Source: Bacteroidota bacterium (GTDB taxonomy: Bacteria; Bacteroidota; Bacteroidia; Bacteroidales; JAIOZK01). From it: a DNA stretch of 64,000 nucleotides. Both the position numbers and the translations under genes were made by a program. Where the stretch lies: assembly GCA_034521425.1 (NCBI GenBank), contig JAXHMP010000001.1, positions 2,779,182 to 2,843,181 of the forward strand, given 5' to 3'. Every line of letters starts with the position of its first letter. Position 1 is the stretch's first letter. Positions 52,856 through 63,348 of this stretch are shown one piece after another. The notes under the pieces are model-generated. The model worked only from the letters and a program-made list of their open reading frames with translations, did no database searches and was not told the origin of the DNA.

Positions 52856-54041
52856 ATGCAAAAAAACAGCAAAATATACGTCGCCGGCCATACCGGCCTT
52901 GTAGGAAGCGCCCTTGTAAAAGCCCTGCAAAGAAGAGGCTATTCAGAACATCATAGGTAAAACAATCAATGAACTGGATTTAAGAAATCCCTATATCGGT
53001 AAGTAACTTTTTTCGAATCATTCGAAACCCGAATACATCTTCCTGGCAGCGGCCAAAGTAGGTGGCATCGTCGCCAACAACATCTACCGCGCCGAGTTCA
53101 TTTACGACAACCTGATGATACAGAACAACATCATCAATGCAGCCTATGAATCAGGGGCCAAAAAACTCCTCTTCCTGGGCAGTACCTGCATCTACCCCCG
53201 CGAATGTCCCCAGCCCATGAAAGAGGAATATCTGTTAACGGATGTATTGGAGTACACCAACGAACCCTATGCCATCGCCAAGATCGCCGGCATCAAAATG
53301 GTCGAAAGCTATAACCTGCAATACGGCACCAATTTCATTTCCGTCATGCCCACCAACCTCTACGGTCCCAACGACAACTTCGACCTGGAAAAATCTCATG
53401 TATTGCCGGCATTGATCCGGAAAATTCATCTCGGCAAATGCCTCGAAGAAAACAACTGGGAAGCAATAAGAATAGACTTAAATAAACGTCCAATAGAAGG
53501 AATTAGTGGTGAGGCATCACAGCAAGACCTACTTAATATTCTTGATAAATATTCAATACGTCAGGTTAAAAGAGACGGTGTCATACTGAGCGAAGTCGAA
53601 GTATGGGGAAGTGGCGCTCCCATGCGCGAATTCCTCTGGAGCGAAGAAATGGCCGATGCATGTGTTTTCCTGATGGAAAATGTGGATTTCAAAGATTTGA
53701 TACAAAGTCAAATGTCAAAGGTTGAAAGTCACAAGTCGAAAGTCAAAAGTCAAAAGTCAGATACTGACCTTCGACCTTCGACCTTAGACCTTGGACATTC
53801 GACTGAAATAAGAAACACCCATATCAACATCGGTACCGGCAAAGAAATTTCCATAAAAGACCTGGCCCATCTGATCAAAGAAAGCATCGGCTTCCGGGGC
53901 GACCTGGTCTTCAACACCGAAAAACCGGACGGCACCATGCGCAAACTCACCGACCCCTCCAAACTGCATGAGCTGGGCTGGCATCATAAGATTGAGATAG
54001 ACGAAGGAATAGAGAAGATGTATGAGTGGTATCTGTCTTAG
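52856..54041 (+). pseudogene. fcl: GDP-L-fucose synthase, 5' end frameshifted, palindromic STR inserted in frame
   Basis: [21 protein letters not shown].. At least 3 frame breaks in 52940-53040, then an intact 308-aa ORF (..LGSTCIYP..EPYAIAKIAG..PTNLYGPNDNF..). Confidence 0.85.
53706..53804. repeat. Palindromic STR inside fcl (AGTCRAA xN / TTCGACC xN), in frame
   Basis: agtcaaatgtcaaaggttgaaagtcacaagtcgaaagtcaaaagtcaaaagtcagatactgaccttcgaccttcgaccttagaccttggacattcgact encodes SQMSKVESHKSKVKSQKSDTDLRPSTLDLGHST. Confidence 0.85.
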
Positions 54042-54155
54042 GAAGCGGTGAGAGGTGAGACTGCTAACTTCATAATTTAAAATACTAACACCATGAGTCA
54101 GAATTGAAATAGCGATGAGAGATGAGTGGTGAGAGGTGAGACTGCTAAATTCATA
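54042..54155. repeat. GAGAGGT STR + core units (left arm of the next four-helix-bundle cassette)
   Basis: Starts 6 nt after the fcl stop: gcggtgagaggtgagactgctaacttcataatttaaaatactaacaccatgagtcagaattg.. Confidence 0.85.
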
Positions 54156-54324
54156 AATGAACTACCCAGAGGCAACCCTGCGGGGTATCATTATGAAACA
54201 TTCATTTGATTCGCCCCAAGGGGCGGGGAATATTACCCACGAGATCCCTCGACAAGCTCGGGATCAGTTCGACTTTGCTTTTTCAGTTCGCTATCGCTCC
54301 TAAAAAATCAGTCTCACTGATTTA
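54156..54324. mobile_element. 169-bp MITE, copy 2, inserted inside a core unit
   Basis: Splits ..ttcataa|tttaaaatactaacacc.. The uninterrupted version occurs more than 8 times elsewhere. No target duplication is evident. Confidence 0.8.
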
Positions 54325-54463
54325 AAATACTAACACCATGAGTCAGATTAATAGTTTTAGGGATTTGATTGTGTTTCAGAAAGCCTATGAAGTTTCGATG
54401 GAAATATTTGAAGTAACCAAGAAATTCCCAAAAGAAGAAAAATATTCCTTAACTGATCAAATT

Positions 54464-54718
54464 CACCCTGTCAAATAATTCAATATTATTATGGATTTTT
54501 ATTACGTATATATTCTTCAAAGTGAACTTGATAATAAATTTTATACAGGTTATACTAAAAATATTGAATTAAGATTTGAGCAACATCAAAAAGGGCAAGT
54601 TCACCCTGTGAAATAAAATTAAAAATTTTAATGCGTAGCATTATTTCACAGGGTAAAAAACTCATTATGGGAAAATGTTTATTAAAAACAGGCTCAAATC
54701 TTATTTGACAGGGTAAAG
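54464..54718. mobile_element. 255-bp element with 13-bp terminal inverted repeats (ACCCTGTCAAATA) carrying a truncated GIY-YIG ORF and a nested mini-hairpin element
   Basis: caccctgtcaaata...tatttgacagggt. The inner accctgtgaaata..tatttcacagggt element lies at 54602-54657. A related left end occurs at 63011. Confidence 0.75.
54491..54615 (+). pseudogene. GIY-YIG nuclease-family gene, N-terminal 37 codons only
   Basis: MDFYYVYILQSELDNKFYTGYTKNIELRFEQHQKG.. contains the YVYIL..FYTGYT (GIY..YIG) motif. Truncated by the nested hairpin element. Confidence 0.7.
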
Positions 54719-54989
54719 CAGATCATCCAGGTCAATAACCTCAAACATTGCTGAAGCCTGGGCGAAGAAAATATATGTCAAATCTTTTGTCAGCAAGCTG
54801 AGTGATTCACTCGGCGAGGAATACGAATCAGAGGTCTGGCTGGACTATTCCAGGGATTGCCAATATATTAATTCCGATACCTACAATTCATTGATAAACA
54901 AATATGACGAAGTCAGAAAGATGCTCATCGCAATGATCAATAGCCCCGAAAAATTCTGCAAGTAAGAACATCTAAGAACAAACGATCCC

Positions 54990-55178
54990 TAACTCACTAC
55001 TCACCGCTCATCTCTCATCTCTCACCGCTCATCTCTCATCTCTCATCTCTCACCGCTCATCTCTCATCTCTCATCTCTCACCGCTCATCTCTCATCTCTC
55101 ATCTCTCACCGCTCATCTCTCATCTCTCATCTCTCACCGCTCATCTCTCATCTCTCACCGCTCATCTCTCATCTCTCA
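54990..55178. repeat. Higher-order STR (28-bp = 4 x 7: ctcaccg ctcatct ctcatct ctcatct)
   Basis: About 6.5 units. Inverse orientation to the GAGMGRT array at 56666-56757 on the other side of the ATPase gene. Confidence 0.9.
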
Positions 55179-55324
55179 AAAAAACCCCCAATAATAAAAC
55201 CAAAAACCACCCACCCTTACTCAATGTCGCCAAAACCGGAAGTAAAAAGACGCCAAAACCAGAAGTAAAAGTTTGCCATTATCGGAAGTTATAGTATATT
55301 TACAATACGAAAGCGGTTATCAAA

Positions 55325-56593
55325 ATGAATAAAAAGCCCTACATGCCACGAATATGTGATGCTGATTTGCAGCTTGCACTGCAATCATCAGGGGCGGTAT
55401 TAATAGAAGGAGCTAAATGGTGTGGGAAAACAAGTACATCAATGAATGCCTCGCGCAGTGTGTTGTTTATGCAGGATCCGGATAAAACAAGCGCATACCT
55501 GGCTATGGCAGACACAAAACCATCATTACTGCTTAAGGGAGATACTCCACGATTGATAGATGAGTGGCAAATGGCTCCGGTATTATGGGATGCTGTCAGG
55601 TTTGAAGTTGATAAAAGAGCAGAAATGGGGCAGTTTATTTTAACCGGGTCTGCTGTTCCCTCCGACAATGTTACTGCTCACACAGGTACAGGCAGGATAT
55701 CCCGTTTGCTGTTGCGCCCTATGAGTCTTTTTGAATCGGGGGAATCAAATGGAGAAATATCCTTGCGTGCTTTGTTCAATGGTGATCTTACAGTAGAGGC
55801 CATTTCAGATTTAAGCATAGAAGACATTGCTTTTGTTCTGTGCAGAGGAGGATGGCCGGCAAGTGTTCAGCAGAAAAAGGCAGCAGCTTTACGAATGGCA
55901 GTGGATTATGTGGAAGCTGTGATCAATCATGATGTGTCGAGGGTTGATGATGTTGAGAAGAATCCTGAAAGGGTTCGTATGTTGTTACGGTCATTGGCAC
56001 GTAACATTTCGACAATTGCCACTTATCAGACGATTAAAGATGATATGGAAGCAACCGATATAACTATATCCGATAAAACAATAAGTTCGTATATGAATGC
56101 GCTGCGCAGGATTTTTTTAGTTGAAGATTTGCCGGCATGGGCACCATCATTGCGCTCAAAAACAGCTATTCGAACTTCCCCCAAAAGGCATTTTGTAGAT
56201 CCATCCATTGCTACAGCTGTATTAAGGTCGAATCCGGAAGGAATATTAAACGATTTTCAATATTTTGGGTTCCTGTTTGAATCCTTGTGTACACGCGACA
56301 TCAGGGTGTATGCACAAACAAACGATGGCGATGTTTTTCATTATCGTGATAAAAGTGGTCTGGAAGCTGATTTAATTATACAACTCCACAATGGCAGATG
56401 GGCTGCAATTGAGATAAAACTGGGTCAAAAACAAATAGACTATGCCGCTGAAAATCTTTTAAAGCTTAAAAGCCAGATTGATAAGGATAAAATGGGTAAA
56501 CCATCTTTTTTGATGGTTCTTACAGGCGGGGAATACGCTTACCGGCGTGAAGATGGTGTTTTAGTTGTGCCCATTGCATGTTTGAAACCATAA
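55325..56593 (+). CDS. AAA ATPase with DUF4143-type C-terminal domain
   Basis: Intact 422 aa. Walker [10 protein letters not shown], ..RLIDEWQ.. (Walker B-like). Architecture typical of orphan Bacteroidetes ATP-binding proteins. Confidence 0.7.
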   Translation: MNKKPYMPRICDADLQLALQSSGAVLIEGAKWCGKTSTSMNASRSVLFMQDPDKTSAYLAMADTKPSLLLKGDTPRLIDEWQMAPVLWDAVRFEVDKRAEMGQFILTGSAVPSDNVTAHTGTGRISRLLLRPMSLFESGESNGEISLRALFNGDLTVEAISDLSIEDIAFVLCRGGWPASVQQKKAAALRMAVDYVEAVINHDVSRVDDVEKNPERVRMLLRSLARNISTIATYQTIKDDMEATDITISDKTISSYMNALRRIFLVEDLPAWAPSLRSKTAIRTSPKRHFVDPSIATAVLRSNPEGILNDFQYFGFLFESLCTRDIRVYAQTNDGDVFHYRDKSGLEADLIIQLHNGRWAAIEIKLGQKQIDYAAENLLKLKSQIDKDKMGKPSFLMVLTGGEYAYRREDGVLVVPIACLKP

Positions 56594-56665
56594 AGTATAC
56601 TGAATAATATAGGTTTATACTATTACTCCTTAAAAATTTCCAGGAGATGAAAAGTATGTTTTGAT

Positions 56666-56757
<92 letters not shown>

Positions 56758-57186
56758 AGGTAAAAGGAAAAGGGAAAAAGGAAAAAGGAGGGGAACGTCA
56801 TCGTTGAATTTTTGAATCAATGTTCATTTAGATATTTCCGGCGCAATTCACCCGGTGACTAAAGAAAAACGGGCATAGCTCAAAGTCACCGGGTGAATAA
56901 TCCGTCACATTAAGCTTGATATGACACTATTTTGTTTACGTTCTCCTGAGTTGAGGCGATACTGCAATACCCCAAAAATCGCTAAATCCTGCCTGCCGGC
57001 AGGCACGGCTTTCAATCGCGCAATTAAAAAAGATGTAACGATTGAGCGATGTAGCGATATAACGATATTCGAAGTAGGTAGCAATTCCCTTTTTCCATTT
57101 TCCTTTTTACTTTTTCCCTCCATGACCAACAATCCCGAAAATTCTGCTAACAACTCACCGCTCATCCCTCTCCCTATCTCCCTCAC

Positions 57187-58515
57187 TTAAAAAACATCCT
57201 CCAACGAAAAGCCTCTGTAGCTGATTTGAAAAGCGGATAGTTCGTGATCAAGAACACTGGCTTTAGCCTTGAGTTTCCTGATATTTATTTTTTCATTATT
57301 TCTTTTTACTTCGGCGATCAGGCCCTTTTTCCCCATCTGGTTTACAGCAACAATATCCATTTCCTTTTCGCCTTTCCTGTCCCAGTATCTTCCAATAATA
57401 TTGTATTCCTTCCGCTCAGACAATACCTGCCTGAAATATTTTTCAAGATACGGGCCGCTGTATGTTTCAAAGTCACGTTGAACGATCTGCTTAACATAGT
57501 CAAGATTGTTGATCTCTACGGCAGAACGGTACTTATAAATAAACCTGAACCAAAAAGCCAGGAAGTTATCGGCAATCATATATTTTAAAAGTCTGCCACC
57601 CGCTTTGGCAAAGACAGGACGGATGGATTCAATGATGTTGTATTCTTTCTCCAGACGATTGAGATATCCTCCAATGTCCTTTTCAAGAATGCTTTCTACC
57701 TCTCCCCGGGATGTTTTTCCTGAAGCAATGAGGGCAAGTATTGAAAAGTAGGTCAAATAGTCCTTTCCAAATTCTTCAATAAGAATGTTCCTGCCTTCCT
57801 CCAGCAGTAATGAATTGGGCCGTAATATTTCATCCAGCATGTCCTCCAGGCTAAAGCACTTTTTATCAACAAAGATCTCTACATATTTTGCCACGCCCCC
57901 TGTTATGGTGTAAAAAGCAATGAAATTTTCAGCTGTTACAACTTCAGCATAGTCTGTATAGATACTCTTCAAAACATCTGCAGTGAATGGCTGCAAGTGG
58001 ATTTTTTCATTGGCTCTTCCAAACAAAGGTTCCCGTGCATTTTCAAAGATCCTTTTCATCAGGCTGTATACCGACCCGCATAATACCAGGTTCATTTTTG
58101 AAATTTCCTGATCCCGACCCATTGTATACCGGTCCCACAGTTTTTGCATGTCACTGTATACGGAGGGATTGGATTGGTAAAACTCCTGAAATTCATCTAT
58201 AATCAGTGTAATGGCTTCCTCTTTCGACCGTTCCAGCAAAAACTCGAAGAGTTTGGCAAAAAACCGAAATTCTCCCAGGACCTTTTTCTCAAAAACCCGC
58301 TCTATTTCTTCCTTAAATTCAATGCATAAAAGAGATTCATTTTTCCGGGCAATAAAGAAATAAAGGAACTTCTGCTGCTGAAATGCTTTCAGTACCAAAC
58401 TGGTTTTCCCGATTCGCCTTCTGCCAACAACAAATGACATCCTGGGTTTTTCAAGCGAAATTTTTCTTGTTTTCTCGAGTAATTTCAATTCCTCCTGACG
58501 ATTGTAAAATTTCAT
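57187..58515 (-). CDS. AAA ATPase with DUF234-type C-terminal domain
   Basis: MKFYNRQEELKLLE...GRRRIGKTSLV (Walker A), ..LIIDEFQEF.. (Walker B), C-terminal ..MDIVAVN..LIAEVKRN.. The start was moved to M37 of the ORF-track model. This is the only credible minus-strand gene in the window. Confidence 0.75.
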   Translation of the reverse strand: MKFYNRQEELKLLEKTRKISLEKPRMSFVVGRRRIGKTSLVLKAFQQQKFLYFFIARKNESLLCIEFKEEIERVFEKKVLGEFRFFAKLFEFLLERSKEEAITLIIDEFQEFYQSNPSVYSDMQKLWDRYTMGRDQEISKMNLVLCGSVYSLMKRIFENAREPLFGRANEKIHLQPFTADVLKSIYTDYAEVVTAENFIAFYTITGGVAKYVEIFVDKKCFSLEDMLDEILRPNSLLLEEGRNILIEEFGKDYLTYFSILALIASGKTSRGEVESILEKDIGGYLNRLEKEYNIIESIRPVFAKAGGRLLKYMIADNFLAFWFRFIYKYRSAVEINNLDYVKQIVQRDFETYSGPYLEKYFRQVLSERKEYNIIGRYWDRKGEKEMDIVAVNQMGKKGLIAEVKRNNEKINIRKLKAKASVLDHELSAFQISYRGFSLEDVF

Positions 58516-59836
58516 AATCTTCAAATTTTTTGTAAACTTACGAATTATTGTAACAATGGTTACAGTAATGGCTGTTACTTTTAACCGATCAAATACGCAG
58601 ATCATCCAGGTCAATAACCTCAATTATTGCCGAGACCTGGGCTACCACACCCGTCAGGCTGAACACCCCACCCGTCAGGCTGAGCGAAGTCGAAGCCCCA
58701 TAACTTGCTCACCAACAACGCATCTCGACTGCGCTCGATGTGACTGAGAGACAGACAATCAAAAAAATGATGTAACGATTGAGGGATTGCACGATATAAC
58801 GATATTCGAAGTAGGGCCCGAGCAAATCGCTAAGTCGTTAAATCGCCCAATCGATCAATCGCGCAATAAAAAAATGTTTTGCGAAAAGGCTGAGCACCTC
58901 ACCCGTCAGGCTGAGCACCCCACCCGTCAGGCTGAACACCCCTCCCGTCAGGCTGAGCACCGCGCCCGTCAGGCTGAGCGGAGTCGAAGCCCCGTAAATA
59001 CCTCACCAACAGCGCATCTCGACTGCGCTCGATGTGACTGACAGACAGACAATCAAAAAAAAATGATGTAACGATTGAGGGATTGCACGATATAACGATA
59101 TTCGAAGTACGGCCCGAGCAAACCGCTAAGTCGTTAAATCGCCCAATCGATCAATCGCGCAATAAAAAAATGTTTTGCGAAAAGGCTGAGCACCCCGCCC
59201 GTCAGGCTGAGCGAAGTCGAAGCCCCGTAACTTGCTCACTAACAGCGCATCTCGACTGCGCTCGATGTGACTGACAGACCGCATTCACCAACAAAAAAAC
59301 GGCTGCAACGATTCAGTATTCAGGCATGTAACGAGTACCTCAACAGTCAGGCTGAGCACACCACCCGTCAGGCTGAGCACCGCACCCGTCAGGCTGAGCG
59401 AAGTCGAAGCCCCGTAACTTGCTCACCAACAGCGCATCTCGACTGCGCTCGATGTGACTGAGAGACAGACAATCTGATGTAACGATTGAGGGATTGCACG
59501 AATAACGATATTCGAAGAGCCCGAGCAAATCGCTAAGTCGTTAAATCGCCCAATCGATCAATCGCGTAAAAAATGTTTTGCGAGCAGCACCGTCAGGCTG
59601 AGCACCGCCCCCGTCAGGCTGAGCACCGCTCCCGTCAGGCTGAGCGGAGTCGAAGCCCCGTAAATACCTCACCAACAGCGCATCTCGACTGCGCTCGATG
59701 TGACTGAGAGACAGACAATCAAAAAAATGATGTAACGATTGAGGGATTGCACGATATAACGATATTCGAATTGGGTACGAGCCATGATAGCAAAATGCAT
59801 TAACTATCTTTGTAAAATAGCTATTGAAAATGCGTA

Positions 59837-60001
59837 ATGACAATTAAAAAAGGCACAGAAAAGGATCAAATAAAAGCTATACTTGAGAAAATCAGGAGAA
59901 AAAGGGTAAGAAGAAAAACTGATTTAAGCAAATATTGCGGTGTATTATCGTTGAACGAAGACCCTTTGGAATTACAAAAAAAGTGGAGAGATGAATGGTG
60001 A
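59837..60001 (+). CDS. Putative antitoxin of PIN toxin
   Basis: 54 aa (MTIKKGTEKDQIKAILEKIRR...DPLELQKKWRDEW*). Overlaps the PIN start by 11 nt. Confidence 0.5.
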   Translation: MTIKKGTEKDQIKAILEKIRRKRVRRKTDLSKYCGVLSLNEDPLELQKKWRDEW

Positions 60002-60372
60002 TCAGCTTTTTCTTGATACGAATATCATTCTGTATTTTCTGAATGGTGATAAATCGCTATTGCCAAATTTAGAAGAAAAGCAATTATTCATTTCTTTTAT
60101 CACTCAGATGGAGTTGTTGAGTTTTAAAGAAATAACTAAAAAGGAAATAAATTTAATAGAGGGTTTCCTTACAAATTGTCTGATTATTGAAATGTCTTTA
60201 CGGATTAAAGAAAATGCAATTTTTGTTCGCAGGAAATATGGTTTAAAGTTGCCTGATGCCATTATTGCCGGGTCTTCAATATGTCCTGAACGTTCCACTA
60301 TTTTCTGCTGATAAAGCAATGTCCAGAATTTCAGAAATTGATCTAATTTATTATCAGTTTGATACAGAATGA
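59991..60372 (+). pseudogene. PIN-domain toxin, C-terminal frameshift
   Basis: MNGDQLFLDTNIILYFL.. (N-terminal D), ..SFITQMELLSF.., ..LKLPDAIIAG.. The frame shifts near 60275 and then reads ..NVPLFSADKAMSRISEIDLIYYQF. Confidence 0.65.
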
Positions 60373-61824
60373 GGGAAAGGAAAAATCCGGAATCCGAATA
60401 GCTCAAAGTCACCGAGTGAATAATCCGTCACATTAAGCTTGATATGACACTATTTTGTTTACGTTCTCCTGAGTTGAGGCGATATTACAATACCCCAAAA
60501 ATCGCTAAATTGCTATGTCGTGCAATCGCCCAATCGATCAATCGCGCAATAAAAAAATGTTTTGCGAAAAGGCTGAGCACCGCACCCGTCAAACTGAACA
60601 CCGCCCCCGTCAGGCTGAGCACCCCACCCGTCAGGCTGAGCGGAGTCGAAGCCCCGTAAATACCTAACCAACAGCGCATCTCGACTGCGCTCGATGTGAC
60701 TGAGAGACAAGGTTCACCAACATCAAAAACGCTAATAAGCCATTGTCAACCACCAACCACCAACCACCAACCACCAACCACCAACTACCAACCACCAACT
60801 ACTCATCTCAAATTCTGCGATCATCTGCGCAAAATAACATCCTTTTGCGACTTTGCGGCTTTGCGTGAAAAATTACAAGACACGCCTTGCAAACACACGC
60901 CAGCTGAGCACCGCACCCGTCAGGCTGAGCACCCCACCCGTCAGGCTGAGCGGAGTCGAAGCCCCGTAAACACCTCACCAACAGCGCATCTCGACTGCGC
61001 TCGATGTGACTGAGAGACAGACAATCAAAAAAATGATGTAACGATTGAGGGATTGCACGATATAACGATATTCGAAGTACGGCCCGAGCAAACCGCTAAG
61101 TCGTTAAATCGCCCAATCGATCAATCGCGCAATAAAAAAATGTTTTGCGAAAAGGCTGAGCACCCCGCCCGTCAGGCTGAACACCGCTCCCGTCAGGCTG
61201 AGCGTAGTCGAAGCCCCGTAACTTGCTCACCAACAGCGCATCTCGACTGCGCTCGATGTGACTGAGAGACAAGGTTCACCAACATCAAAAACGCTAATAA
61301 GCCATTGCCAACCACCAACCACCAACCACCAACTACCAACCACCAACTACTCATCTCAAATTCTGCGATCATCTGTGCAAAATAACATCCTTATGCGACT
61401 TTGCGGCTTTGCGTGAAAAATTACAAGACACGCCTTGCAAACACACGCCAGCTGAGCACCGCACCCGTCAGGCTGATCACCCCTCCCGTCAGGCTGAGCG
61501 GAGTCGAAGCCCAGTAAATAGCTCACCAACAGCGCATCTCGACTGCGCTCGATGTGACTGAGAGACAAGGTTCACCAACATCAAAAACGCTAATAAGCCA
61601 TTGTCAACCACCAACCACCAACTACCAACCACCAACTACTCATCTCAAATTCTGCGATCATCTGTGCAAAATAACATCCTTATGCGACTTTGCGGCTTTG
61701 CGTGAAAAATTACACACCCAAAATCGCTAAATCCTGCCTGCCGGCAGGCAAGGCGCTATGTCGTGCAATCTTTCAATCGAACAATCAAAAAAAATGATGT
61801 ATCTTTGAATAAGCAACTTAAGTT

Positions 61825-62127
61825 ATGGGTAGTACAAACACAAAACAAATGGATAAGCTATTGGAACAGATCAGTTGGGATTATAACCTATCTGTTGACG
61901 ATGCCCGTGCTTTGGTTGAAGGTAAGAGTGACCGTGCAGGCCATTATACCAGGCAGGCATTCTTTAAAAAGCTTCTGGAGTCCTATCCATGGTTTAGTGT
62001 TTTAAAAATTCTTCCTGCTACTGAGATCAAAAAATTACTGACAAGTGAAGTAATTAATAGTTTACGATCCCCTTCCTTAAAACAAAAGTATGAGTTCATC
62101 AGCCGCCGACTTAACGAAGTTATATAA
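61825..62127 (+). CDS. Small conserved protein upstream of AbiEii-type nucleotidyltransferase (antitoxin candidate)
   Basis: 100 aa. Same genomic pairing as 7515-7748 / 7745-8410. Confidence 0.5.
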   Translation: MGSTNTKQMDKLLEQISWDYNLSVDDARALVEGKSDRAGHYTRQAFFKKLLESYPWFSVLKILPATEIKKLLTSEVINSLRSPSLKQKYEFISRRLNEVI

Positions 62128-62809
62128 ACTGCAGGATCGCTTCCTGGAATGGTTTGTGACATTGAAACTACCTTTTTATCTTACGGGAGGCACAGCATTG
62201 GGCCGGTTTTATCTGAATCACCGTTATAGCAATGATCTGGACTTCTTTGTGAATGATGATTCCGAATTTCAGCTTCATGTTCAACAAATCAACAAAACGA
62301 TCAGAGAACATTTTATGGTAAACAATCAGCAAAGTCTTTTCTCAGAAGACTTTTCCAGGATTTTTATTGAAGATCGTGAAATTGCTTTAAAAATAGAATT
62401 CGTGAATGAAGTGAAATACCGGGCAGGAAACCCAATTGAATTCAGGTATGGCCTCCTTGATACACCGGAAAACATTCTATCCAATAAAATTTCTGCAATT
62501 TTAGGAAGAGACGAACCCAAGGATATTTTCGATATTATCTGCATGGCTGAAAAATACTCCTTTAACTGGGAGGAAATGTTTTATCACACCAAGAACAAGG
62601 CAGTTATCAATGAAGTGGATGTTGAAAGAAGACTGATTGAATTTCCGGTGGAGTGGATAAAAGATTTGCATTGGTTAAAAGAGCCTCCGGATATCAAGGA
62701 GCTCAAAAAGCATCTTAATACCATTGCCAATGATTTCCTCCTGGGAAAAGACAATTCTTTGGCAGAAAATAAAAAACCCATACAAAAAGCCAGGCCCTTA
62801 AAGATTTAA
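62090..62809 (+). CDS. Nucleotidyltransferase AbiEii/AbiGii toxin family
   Basis: ..FYLTGGTALGRFYLNHRYSNDLDFF.. motif. 239 aa, intact. The start codon is uncertain. Confidence 0.75.
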   Translation: MSSSAADLTKLYKLQDRFLEWFVTLKLPFYLTGGTALGRFYLNHRYSNDLDFFVNDDSEFQLHVQQINKTIREHFMVNNQQSLFSEDFSRIFIEDREIALKIEFVNEVKYRAGNPIEFRYGLLDTPENILSNKISAILGRDEPKDIFDIICMAEKYSFNWEEMFYHTKNKAVINEVDVERRLIEFPVEWIKDLHWLKEPPDIKELKKHLNTIANDFLLGKDNSLAENKKPIQKARPLKI

Positions 62810-62908
62810 GAAATAATAATCCACAGATGTTCACAAATACTGACACAGATTTTCACAGATAAAAATTTGTGACCATCTGTGTGAATCTGTGGATAAAAAT
62901 AACATACC

Positions 62909-63010
62909 ATGAAAACAAATTACATCTTCAAAGAAGAATGCTCCCGCATTATAGGTGCATGTTATGAAGTACACAATCAATTAGGTCATGGCTTCCTCGA
63001 AACAGTTTAC
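62909..63010 (+). pseudogene. GxxExxY protein gene, 5' 34 codons, truncated by element insertion
   Basis: MKTNYIFKEECSRIIGACYEVHNQLGHGFLETVY| then cctgttaaataattc.. (element end). Preceded by an inverted CACAGAT-type repeat at 62820-62895. Confidence 0.75.
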
Positions 63011-63113
63011 CCTGTTAAATAATTCAATATGAAGCATGTTTAAGTCAACAAGATGCGACTCATAGAGAAAAATATTCACGGTAAAATGTTTCTAAGAAAC
63101 AGGCTCAAATCTT
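63011..63113. mobile_element. Left part of an ACCCTGT(C/T)AAATA-IR element (relative of 54464-54718)
   Basis: The segment ..ggtaaaatgtttctaagaaacaggctcaaatctta matches 54668-54703 of the other copy. Its right end is replaced by MITE copy 3. Confidence 0.6.
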
Positions 63114-63282
63114 AATGAACTACCCCGAGGCAAGCCTGCGGGGTATCATTATGAAACATTCATTTGATTCGCCCCAAGGGGCGGGGAATATTACCCACGA
63201 GATCCCTCGACAAGCTCGGGATCAGTTCGACTTTGCTTTTTCAGTTCGCTATCGCTCCTAAAAAATCAGTCTCACTGATTTA
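63114..63282. mobile_element. 169-bp MITE, copy 3
   Basis: Near-identical to 6649-6817 and 54156-54324. Confidence 0.8.
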
Positions 63283-63348
63283 AAAAATGATTGACCATTC
63301 CAGCTCAAAAATCAAATTTGTATATTTGTACACAGAAAATGAAATTTT

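Larger units (their letters stand above)
54338..54965 (+). pseudogene. Four-helix-bundle gene interrupted by a 255-bp IR element
   Basis: MSQINSFRDLIVFQKAYEVSMEIFEVTKKFPKEEKYSLTDQI | insertion | ..SSRSITSNIAEAWAKKIYVKSF...SPEKFCK*. Confidence 0.85.
58630..61700. repeat. ~3-kb higher-order repeat field: 9 long imperfect hairpins, each preceded by 1-4 copies of a 21-mer, alternating with two kinds of ~170-190-bp linker
   Basis: The hairpin gtcaggctgagcgRagtcgaagcccc..(about 25 nt)..catctcgactgcgctcgatgtgac ends near 58746, 59040, 59276, 59462, 59708, 60706, 61012, 61267 and 61563. The 21-mer is cacccgtcaggctgagcaccS. A PIN TA pair at 59837-60372 interrupts the field. Confidence 0.85.
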
